Both the position numbers and the translations under genes were made by a program. DNA of 43,685 nucleotides from Phoronis australis (lineage: Eukaryota > Animalia > Phoronida): assembly GCA_002633005.1 (NCBI GenBank), contig NMRA01000817.1:89560-133244 (forward strand), in the 5' to 3' direction. The notes beneath the pieces are model-generated. The model was not told the DNA's origin, did no database searches, and worked only from the letters and a program-made list of their open reading frames with translations. Positions 10,701-22,073 of this stretch are shown one piece after another. Each line of letters opens with the position of its first letter. The first letter of the stretch is position 1.

Positions 10701-12350
10701 TGTTCTGGCCTGGAACAAATAATAAACGCTGGTTTGAACTACATTTTAAAGCAATTACAATTGAATTGTTGAGTTGTCTCCCGTTATTTCCGTTGACACT
10801 TCAGTTCTAGTTGTAGTGCGATATCTCTGTTCAATATAAGAAACTATCCTGTGTTACAATACTGTTCTCACGTAGGCTACTGGAGAGAAAAAAAATATTG
10901 GGAATACGACTAAAATAATGGTATGAGAGAAGGTAAAGTTGAAACATGACATTAAAAATCTTAACACACAACGGACAACAACTGATTGAAAAGTTGTACA
11001 AGTACTGATTACCCAGGTACCTACAGTGTATAAATTATCTGTGTCGACAATCAGAATCGAAATTGTTTCAAAGCATAAACACTAACTTGTATGTAGGAGT
11101 AAAAAAGTATGCATTGTGTATATTTTTGTCAGTTGTTTAATTGAAGCCCATAATTGTATAATACAAGTGTCGGCAACTGTTACTATCAATCTGATGTTGC
11201 ATCATCAGAATTCTGTGAAAGTGAACTTTTGGATTTTATAATTTTAGTTTTGAAACTTGAAGAGTTCGATGCCATGTCCAAAGAACATCAATCACACTAG
11301 GCTTTGGCCAAATCTGTTTGCAATTAAATTCCTTTCATGAGCTTTTCAATATTGAAACGATGCGAAAAAATGTCTTTAAATGCATGGTCAGTTTTACTCA
11401 GAAGTTTAAAACAAGAACTGAGCATCCCCACGTACTAATGAGTGATTCAATTAATGCCATCCATGTTGCCATGTCATTGTTTACTCGCATTCAATTAGTG
11501 AGTACCTCGTCATAGTGGACCTATGGGACAACTCTAAATGTAACGAGAATACAGCAATTCGACTTGTCGTAAACTCGTGCAACATTAGCAAGCAGCACCG
11601 CAAGAACTTGAATATAAACCGGTTGCTCGAAATTCCTCTTTGTAACTTGAGGAAATAACCAACAAGGGATGAAGTTGCGCCAAAAACGTAAAACTGAGTT
11701 GTGTTGTAAACTAGTGCAGTAGGATTACGTCTTGACCTACAGTAGGTCACGATCGTAATCTCCTGGGGTTTGTTTGCTATTAATGTGCTGTGCGTTTTTA
11801 ATAGAACTTAGTTTTGTCCCTTAGCTATATTTTTATACACAACTAAAGATTCTGGACTGATGTAAAAAGTAGTATTGCAAAGAAAGAAAATAGATGGGTT
11901 CTTTCCGCATAGATTCTAACCGATCATGTCACTAGCTTATGATTCAAAAACAGAGAGACTGACTACTTTCCAAAACAAGACAAATAAAAAAAAAACAACA
12001 ACAAAGCAATGAAGACGTCTTCCACAGTGCGCACTGTATCTATTGTATGACTAAATTCTCAGGTTTTCTCTGTTCACTTTCAATGACAGTGTAGTATCGC
12101 CGCGTACTGTAGTAGGTGGACGCCGTATTCTCAGCCATTGTGTCTGACGGTATGTTGAAGTGACAGATGGCACGTGCGACCATTATCGCAAACCGTTTCT
12201 AAAATTTCACTCGCCAACAGAATTTCAGCATATAATTAAAGAAAAAGTATTGTTTAATCATGATCCAAACAATGGGGGCTAATTAGCTAATCAAAGACTA
12301 TTTCAATAATTAAGTTAAGACAGTCATTTCTGTCGTTAACCATTAGTCAC
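7704..12350. promoter_or_regulatory. Cluster of four ATTAGTCAC motifs (Pax paired+homeodomain composite-like) upstream of NeuroD
   Basis: CATTAGTCACGTG 7704-7716, CATTAGTCAC 9265-9274, CAATTAGTCACGTG 10312-10325, CATTAGTCAC 12341-12350, all in the same orientation. Confidence 0.45.
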
Positions 12351-12479
12351 TTGTGAGACGCACAAGGGGATTTAGTCAAGTCTCCGGGGATGGGCAGACG
12401 ACGACTCACTAATTCGCCATTTGCTTCCGTCTCATCTTGAAAACGTGAAATTGGCATAATATGGAGTCAACGGATCTTC

Positions 12480-12738
12480 CTGTTAACAAATATTGCACTT
12501 TGGGTCGTAAACAATATGTAGAGAACAAGATGATCTGGCTGTTAACAAATGTTGCACTTTGGATCGTAAACGATTTGTAGAAAACAGTCATTTTTATGTA
12601 ATTCACATTGGGTGGTAAACAATACGTAGTCAATAGAGACTGCCCCTAACAAATAATGCTCTTTGGTTCGTTAACAATACTTAGTAAACAGAGCATGCTG
12701 CTTAAATATCATGCACTGTGGGTCGTAAATAATATTCT
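12480..12738. repeat. Degenerate ~55-59-bp minisatellite, about 5 copies
   Basis: Recurring core TAACAAATATTGCACTTTGGGTCGTAAACAATATGTAG with more variable linkers. Confidence 0.75.
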
Positions 12739-15700
12739 AAAATATTTTATTAAATTCCTTGAGCGAAGATATGGAAATCTAACCACATTTTCAGTTTTTT
12801 TATTTCCTGATTCACCATCGTAAAATATCCTACTTTAAAAGTTTAATTGCCAACACACGAAAGTTTACAATACCTAGACAAACAGAATAAGACGACTATA
12901 TCAATTCCGGTCAGTTTTCATAATTTTTTTGAAATTTCGCAGTTAGTTAATTGTTTTAATTGTATCATACAACACCTGCAAAAATAGTCATTATAAGACA
13001 ACAAAATTCTTTTCTGCATTTCATTAAAACTGTAGATAACAGTATTTTACGCTTCTGGGCACTATTTCAATTTTTTAATAAAAAGCCAATCTCGACACCA
13101 GAGTCGATGACATTGAAATACAAACTGTCTCCTCCCTCCGTTTGCCTAGACAAAAAACTGAACAACTTGTTTTATTCAAACTCACCTTTTGCCGGAGGTA
13201 ATAACGCGTGAAAACTCGACTAATTTTCTGCTTCGAATCCGCCACTTCTTTGGAAAATATAAGTTATGGGGAATTGTTCGGTTTTATTATGTTTATATAG
13301 TAATGATATAAGCTGCGTCCCTATCATGCTTTCTAATGCAAATTTATCATCCACTTAAAATCCCAGCGTGAGTGATAAACCGGCACGCGCGCATCTGTCA
13401 TAAAATGTGGTAAGCTGTTAGGCAAACATGCTCGATAATTTTCTGCCTGGACGTCACTAGTGCCAGATTGGCTGTAAGAATTTCAAATTTTCAAAAATGT
13501 TAGTCATCTTTCCGAATTGGTAGCATCCAGTTCGTTAATGGATGTGTTAAGTTACGTAGTGACGAAATAACTACATTTCAGGCCGTGACACTGGGATCAC
13601 GGACATGTTTAAATGTAATGTTTACAATATCACAATGCAATATATAAACTCCATTGAATATCTTTTTTATAAACTTAAAGACGTTTATTGAAAACGCGTG
13701 ATGCGCTTGTTTCTTGCTACTGGCATGTCACAACCGGGTTAAAGAAGAAAGATACTTGCTTCATGAAACTTAAGACACGTCTTTTGTTCAGAACTGTGAA
13801 GGCCCACACTAGCTTTACTCGCGAGATTTTTGTTTCTACGGAACTTTTCTCTTTTGGTCTTATCACAGACAATTTTTAAACTGAAAACATTTCGTTCTTA
13901 TATGGGGGATAAACAGCTGACGTAGTTTTTATTATTTTTTTCTGAAACTTGATATCACAGTTCAGTCAGAGACCATCGTTCACAGTTGATCTCTATCAAT
14001 TTCGTTTGCCAATATCAATCCAAAACAAGGATGTCTCTCACGAAATTGTTTCCTTTGACAAAAATTCGTTGCCGTTCTGCGCAAGTAGTTATCGACCATA
14101 AATGTCTGACACCTGCTAGTTGGTAGCAGGTTCCAGCTATTGTGTACAAATAAATCATGTTTGGCGAATTAATTTTATGACCACTTCGGTCTTCAAACGT
14201 GCATTCTGGCTCTTAACATTGTTTCTTTTCAGGTGGTCAAGCAGTTAATTATTTTCTTTGATAGTTTCATTCATGTTAGCTTTCAAGGTAGATGAATTGG
14301 TACAAATTAGAGATCAGTATCTAATTCGGTCGCTAATTACATTATATCTATGTCAGTATATTATAACTTGGAAAATTCACAAATACTGCTAAAGATGAAT
14401 AGCACATTCAAATAGACGGTTTATCCGAAGTATCCATTGTTTTCTGTTGCCAAATATTAACTAATGTGCCGCCTATATAGCTGACTGTATCTCCCCTTAT
14501 CTAAATGTCGTAGTCAGCGCCAATTGAGACTGCAAAGTGTGATGTTAACTGTCGCCAAATACATTTACTAGTGTCGTCGAATTCAGAATGTAAAAGTGCG
14601 TTCGAGTTCGGCAAATAAGCGAAAATATTCCACTTCAAACTTGTCTGTGTGGCCCACACTTATCTCCAATGTACTTACGCTTTGTTGTAAAGTAAACGGA
14701 AACAAGAAACGAGATAAAGTGTTGTTTTCGCAAACAGGTTTGATGTGCCTGAGTGTTGCTGTACAACTCTTGTACATGTCAACTGTTGAGAAACGTAACA
14801 TGTATTTACATCACCTGAGTAGAGTTCATTATCTGTCTCCCGACTAGCAAATCTAACCAAAATCAAGTTTTCTTATTTCAAACACGCGACACAATATCTC
14901 ACGTAATCTCGCGAAGTCTTTCATTTTAGTGTATGTCCCAGCGTTAACTGAACTCCACAAGCATTTTGCAAAACTTGGAACAATCATCATCATCTCCACC
15001 ATCATTATCGTCGTCGTCATCATCATCATTTCAAGCATGCTTGAACTAATAAAGTCAACAGCTTTGATTTCAGCGAATGTCTGGCAAACATCGACAAGAA
15101 ATGGCGAATTTCAAAAAAATCACAAAAACTGACCGGATTTTACTGTTTTTTGGCTCCGGTCAAAGTTGATAATTTCAAAATGTCTACTAGTATTCCAAAA
15201 TAATCTCAAAACTGCGTTTTTCGGCCGCAATACAAATACTAAAAAATAGTAACAAAAGTATGGAGATGAAAATCAAAATTATGTAAATATAAAGTTTAAA
15301 CAATATTCAAACTAAATTAGTAAGACGAAAATATACGTACGTGCACAAAATATATTACTCTCAAATCGAGGAATACCGAAAAGCTTGAGAAGATTAAATA
15401 AAAACGAATAATGTCTTTGTAACAAGAAGTACTAAGCACAGTATGACACTTTAAAAAATACGGGATCAGTTTGCTCCTGAATGATAGCAGTGGCGTCGAA
15501 TTCCTGTAACGTGGCCATACGTGTACTTTCGAAGATTGAAGCTTTTCCTGCCGATCAAGCTTGTGCAGTTTAGACAGTGCAGTGTAGAATATTACAAGCA
15601 AGCAATGTTCATGATTTTTGGGAGGTGACCATTGCGGTTAGTTGAGATCGGCACGGTTTCTAGCGAGGGTCTTCCGAATGCTTCACGAATATTATATAAA

Positions 15701-16453
15701 TTGTGCAGACCTCCACACTGCTCAGTAATCTGTTGTTTGTCTATGCTCACAATTTAGTCTAATTAGCCATGGAACTAGAATGCAGCATGAACGACGTTTC
15801 GACATTATTAAAATATCATCATCAGGTACTATAGACAAAAAGAATACAACAGTGTATCCTCATATAACAACATACTTATTTCACATCACAGAGCAAGTGC
15901 AACTAATTACCATAAACTGTGGTACAAAACCTAGTCTACTGTCCTGTCCAAAAAGAATCGAATGTGTACAACACTTCGTCAGATGTGTAGAGATAATGGG
16001 ACATACAGACGACGCACATGTGAATGATACACTGGAAAAGGGGAGAGTGAAAGGACATGTCCTGAAATATGAAAACCTTCCAAATTAAAGTTCGTATCTA
16101 AATCACATGTAGGAGTTATTTTGAGCTCGATTTTATTTTACACAATGTCTATTACGTACATGCGCTTATATGGATGATGTTCAACAACCTGAATCGATAA
16201 AAGAGTATGCGATATCACAGTGCCACGTCTAACACCTAATTTTGCTTGGCGTCCTTGGTATCTGGGATGACAGACAAAATATGGAACTTTTGGTGGAAAT
16301 GAGAATCTTACAACCTCCTTCAAACACATCTTTTCATCCTGAAACATCAAAATATTTCAAATGCAAACAAAAATCTGTCACAAACTTCCAGTGTTTAGCA
16401 AAAACGCCTTTAACCTGTTTCCTTAGTCATTTGTGGTAGCAACAGTTTGTACA

Positions 16454-16645
16454 AATGTAGAAATATTATCTTAACAGCATATAGGTTTGCATTGAACCTT
16501 TTAAAATTGTGTGTTTGTACAATTTTTGCTAAGAACCTAAATCAAAGGTAATGTAGAAATATTATCTTAACAGCATATAGGTTTGCATTGTATCTTTTAA
16601 AATTGTGTGTTTGTACAATTTTTGCTAAGAACCTAAATCAAAGGT
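16454..16645. repeat. 96-bp tandem duplication
   Basis: 16454-16549 and 16550-16645 differ at two positions (GAACC vs GTATC). Confidence 0.95.
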
Positions 16646-19600
16646 AACAAGTAAAATATTGTGCTATTTACGTTGGACACTTACGTGTGCTGTGCTTTCA
16701 TAAACCCCTGCTTACAACATGAAGGCACTGCACCACAAAACAATACATATTTCTGCAACAGGAATTCCATCTTAATTGAATACATCATTTTCGCTTATTA
16801 TTTTTCTTTTTAACGTTTGTTTTTGGTCAAAATATGAGTACGAATTTTAAAATCGGCGCATACATAAACAACGACGTATTAATCGACGTTTCGGTTTATT
16901 ATCACTAAGCCATCCTCAAGACAAATGTTCACAATATTGCTATCAGGTAACACAGGTGCGGAACAGTCTACACAGGCACACGTCATGCATGTTGACGTGT
17001 ACATGTACCTGTGCAGACTTCTCCACCTGTGTTACCTGATTAGAATACTGTGAACATTTTCTTTTTTTGTTTTCTTTTTCAGCTGCAAAAAGGTGTCGGT
17101 AATATTTAGAACAAAACTTACTGTATATCACCAGAAACATTGACAAATATAAAGTTGACTCATTATAGTTGTCTAATGATGACAATCAATTCTCACCCAG
17201 TGATGAAGTTCCAAACACTTTTGATAGTAGCTTGTCATGACCACAGCCAATTATTACGTAACTTTATTTGAAATGTCCACTGCAATGAAGAGGGTTACTG
17301 AGTTAAGACTGCCACTTTCTCTTCATTTAACCATATTAAGAACATGTCAAAAACTGTCATTGTTATAACAGTGTATAACTGTTACTTTGATGGTAGTGTT
17401 AAAATATAATAATTCTTGGGCAATACTGTTTCGTTTTCCATAAATTTATAATTGTGGAATTAATTCTTACCCCTTTAGTTAAAGATCTGTAGATGCATTT
17501 GTTCACACTGGGCTATATTGTTAACAAACATTGCTGGGAGACCACCATTTCCCCTCAAGTCGTTGCTAAAGGCGGCGCTCAAGGAAAAAATTAAAATTCA
17601 CCGGAATATAACAAGTGTATTTATTCTGCGGTCACCATTACATGTGCTCAATTAGGCGGATTACATTTTGTGGTATATATACATATGTTTGCATTTATCT
17701 CGGACTATATTAAGAGTTTCAACGATATAGTACAAATTACCCAAAAGGCGAACCACCTTGCGATGTGAGGTGCATGATGTCCAAAGATATTATTGCAAGA
17801 TAAACAACTTATGGAAATGAACAAACAGAATTACAAAAACATGAAAATATCCCAACGTAATAATTGAAATGTTCTTACTGGCCGCCCAAAGTATGAACAG
17901 CTACTGAGACGGTAATGCTGCAACAACAAGGCAACAAAACAACTGTCCTGTTGCCGACGACTTTGGAATTAGTTAGCCCGTTCCCAAATAACTTGTTTTA
18001 TTTTGTGGGCCTGTCATTTTCAATTCTTCATAAGAGAGGGAATGTTGCAGATACTGCTAATAAGTGCATCGAGCCTTCCTTGACGGTCGAGACCGAGACT
18101 GTCCTGGTCGCCACTAGCACGCGTTACTCCACAGGTCGCTGTGTAATGATCAAACCATTGGGCACACATTGTACATTCAGTTTGTTTACCCTGCTCTTTG
18201 CCAACCACCGCTTTAATGGAGCTATAGCTTTATTGCTTCCGATAGGTGTCCGATAATATATCTTAAACTAACGTTTATATTAATCCACATGACATACACG
18301 CGTCCTTAATTGAAAGCTTGTCGCCGACACAACTTTTTACATGGTAAACCTCAAGTGGTCGATAAGGGAGAGCCAGTAATCAGTGGAAATGTCGTGTGGA
18401 CGACCGTTTGTTGCCGCCGCCGAGTGTAAATATGCTACTCAGGAATTCACACAACACGCTAGATGACTGCACCACTGTGCCACCCGCAGTACAGGCCGGC
18501 ATCCAAGCTCTCGCTGTGATTTATCCGAAATACAAACACCTTTTTATTTGTGTAATAACTTATTTGTCTATTAAATTGTATGCAGTTCAGTAATTTATTT
18601 ATTTTAATACTCTCAGTAATTTAAAGCGATCTTCGTACGTGAATGTGTTCTTATTCAATACCCGATGTGAAATTCCACCATATTTAAACTCACCACTGCC
18701 ACCTCTATGTTGATTCTCGCCATTTCAATGTGTGCAAAGGTTTCTGGGAAAAGTTTTCGAGTTAGAGGAGATTTCCAAGCAACACGCCTCTAAGTTGGTG
18801 TGTGTGTATCAGTGGGGTGTGATAAGCACTGCGACCAAATAAACAAGATACATGTATGTGTAAATCGGATATAGGTTCAAATGACTGTCACTTGCATACT
18901 TAGTGACGTGAAAAGGAAATGCAAACGTTATCAAATTTCTTTAATAAAATTTATAGATGCACAACAACCCTCCCCATGATTAAGCTGCGTCAACTGAGGA
19001 CCTAATGAAAACTCCACAGTTGTTGACGTTTGCAAAATAACAAATGTCCACCGTTCAAGAAATTCGAACCACCCCTTGCGCAATGCTGGCTACGGGCTTG
19101 CAAAAGAACTATTGGAAATAAAGGCACTCTTTACAGTAGTAGGTATACCTGTACACCTTAAAACAATAATACTTCATGAACGGTGAAAACACAAAAAAAC
19201 ATCTATTGGCATGAACACACAAAACACAGCCATTGGCATGAACAATGACATTTTGAACCTACAATATCTTCATCATCGCCATACGCAAACATCCCAATAT
19301 AATCTGAAAGTTCACTTTCACAATTCAGTTTAAAGTCTGCATGGTTACCTTTTCCCTCAAAAGTCGCTAATAAATGCTTCAGTTTCAAAATACGGATCAC
19401 GCAATTTTCTTCTTTTGAATGGGCGCTCCTCTTTTGATGACACTCTGAAAAGCTAATGTACGTTCTTAATCTAAATGTAAACTTAATGTGCAACCTCATA
19501 CCTGTGCGACAAGTAGACACGTGCAGTAGTTCAGATGTACTGAGCGAGCTTCTACAACTGTCACCGGATACCATAAAACAGTGCGTATTTTTTTATAAAA

Positions 19601-19863
19601 GATGGGGATGCACCGGGGTTGATTTCCGTACAGGCGGCGTTGCTTGCATTCGATCCTAGCTATGCCTATCATCGGAATTATGAGGAAATCTTATTTGAAT
19701 TTCTTTGGAAGAAATTGTCATTCCCAAGTTGACACTTTTGGTGTACTTCAGTGACTTTTTCTGCAAGCCAGCAAACAGGCATACAAACAAGCTTCAACCC
19801 GCCACAAGTCAAGAAATTCACCTCGATCTCGAAGACATGTTTTGCGCGTGGGATCACCCAATA

Positions 19864-20292
19864 CAAGGTACCTAAACTACACGGTCAACGGACTCATAAA
19901 CACGGGGCACGGACGCATGAACACGACTCACGGACCTGCAAACACCGTTCACTGACTCACAAACACGAGAACGGACTCACAAACACGATACACGCACCCA
20001 AATACACAGGACATGGACTCATATTCACGAGGAAACACGGTTATCGTACCGTCAACCACGGGTCACGGACAAAATGGATGTCAGCCGACTCAGGAAGCCG
20101 AGGAGTCCGTGACCCGTGTTTGACGGTCCGTTAACCGTGTTTCCTCGTGAATATGAGTCCGTGTCCCGTGTATTTGGGTGCGTGGATCGTGTTTTGTGAG
20201 TCAGTGGACGGTGTTTGCAGGTCCGTGAGTCGTGTTCATGCGTGCGTACCATGTGTTTATGAGTCCGTTGACTGTGTAGTTTAGGCACCTTG
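19864..20292. mobile_element. Foldback-type non-autonomous DNA transposon with long modular TIRs
   Basis: Arms 19864-20070 and 20105-20292 are inverted repeats around a 34-bp spacer; termini CAAGG...CCTTG; exact 5-bp duplication CAATA; arms are made of ~21-bp subrepeats (AAACACG..CACGGACTCA). Confidence 0.88.
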
Positions 20293-20978
20293 CAATAGTA
20301 GCCGTCTAACCATTCCCACTATGATCTCCAATATACTATTCATACTGCTTTGTGCGACCGGTGGCGCCACCCTGGCGAATGATTTGCGAACTGTTGTAAA
20401 CAAAAATGAGTATTAGCCACTGAAGGCTTTGAAGACAATGACCATCGACTTCCCTGGCTTTTGAACCACGTGACTTTCAGATACTCTCTTTCTCGCAAGT
20501 TCCGTAGTTTCAGAGTTCACTCAGGCAAAACGCCAAACACAGATCTTCCACTAGTTAACAACGCCACGCCCTCAACATGCATGCAATTGTTAGATCGTCG
20601 AAGCGGATTTGCACACAAAGGAAAGCGAGAGGACTGCAAACCCATCGGCTACCAACAAAAGCTCTGCCTTTCTGGGAATGTTGTTGACGTCATTTCCATC
20701 ACCGACGAAGCCCCATGAGGACTACCCCACCATCGGTGTTGAAAGCGCGGTAGGCCTAGTCAGTGGGGGTTTGCACACGTGCTGGTGCGTGAATCGTAAA
20801 TAATCACTAATGTCAACGAAAATTTGGTACATCTCATGGAAAGGACAGGGTCCTCTTTACTTTCAGTAACATACGGAATTCAAGGTATAGTTTAAACTCG
20901 GTAGCAAAGGTAGACCTTGAAGAAGCAAAGAAGATAAGACAGATAGAAGTACAGTCATTGATTGCACATTATTCCACA

Positions 20979-20984
20979 TTTATT
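20979..20984 (-). terminator. Candidate polyadenylation signal of the WD40 gene
   Basis: AATAAA on the - strand ~520 nt past the predicted stop at 21500. Confidence 0.35.
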
Positions 20985-21499
20985 GTACTGGAAGGATACA
21001 GTGAACAACATACAATAGTAAAACATTAAATGTCCGAGATATGTGAAACTATAAAATGACGTAGTTACACAACTTACGAATTACTTGGCTGAAAATATCG
21101 CACTGTAAACAACATGCTCTCGTATTGCAACTTTGCCAGATTTTCAAACATTTTACAAATATTGACACAGGATGTAAGTAAAAATACATTCCACTGATCT
21201 GCTTTACATTCAATAACTATCTTCGGCTGCATGTCTCGCAATATGGTCTCGTATACTTGTTCACAATGATGAAGTTTAAACAACGTGTATAAAAGAAATC
21301 AGCAAATTATCACAACTGTTCATCCAAACGGATGTCTAAGTTGACTTCAATGTATGTCTTGTCTTCTTTAAGTTTCTGGAATATAGAACAAGACCACCAT
21401 TACCTGTGCAGTACATTACAACAATACCTCTGGCTTTTTCGTAGAATCTGTTCAGCACTTAAAGATGTTATAGAGAAATCCGACATTTTCAGTCCCGTC

Positions 21500-22031
21500 C
21501 TAGGCACTTAGCAATTCGTCCTTGGATGTTAGTAATGATGTCAGAAACAGTAATCAAAAATAACCTTTGCTCGCACAGTGTTTGCGTTGTGCGACTTGCT
21601 TACAGCGTCCGACACTTCAGAGGGCTTTTTTCATAAATTCGTTTCAATTAAAGTCTAAGTATTAAAATACCTCTCACAATTATCAAAATATGTTAAACTG
21701 ACCGCCAAAGTTGCTTCAAAAAGATAAGAACGCACCTCGTCTGCACCGCCTGGGCTGGAAGGGTCGTATATCTGAAGATGGACGGGTCCTGAAACTTCCA
21801 GGCTTCCAAGCAAAACGTGTCTTCCGATCACCTTATAGTCCAACATACCCTTCTCACACGCTGGGCTGCCAACACTGAAATACATTCACATGAGTACAGT
21901 GTGAAGTACATAGAGACTGTCTGCAGATATTTGCCGTTGATCATGTTATATTTACACTTTCACCATATCCGCTGATGTCCAACTTTTGTTCCACTAATGT
22001 CAAAAAACTGCTCAGTACATAATAGGATCTC

Positions 22032-22073
<42 letters not shown>

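Noticed and set aside
12480-12738. CRISPR-like repeat/spacer appearance
   Set aside because: Repeats are degenerate, linkers are short and partly related, there are no cas genes, and the context is intron-rich animal DNA.
14929-15132. Hydrophobic transmembrane-like ORF (IIIISTIIIVVVIII)
   Set aside because: Produced by an (ATC/GTC)n simple repeat.
8000-19700. Numerous 60-120-aa ORFs upstream of NeuroD
   Set aside because: No recognisable domains and no chain of phase-compatible splice sites; many use non-ATG starts, consistent with chance ORFs.
19751-20288. His/Thr/Arg-rich ORFs on both strands
   Set aside because: They are translations of the foldback element's subrepeats.
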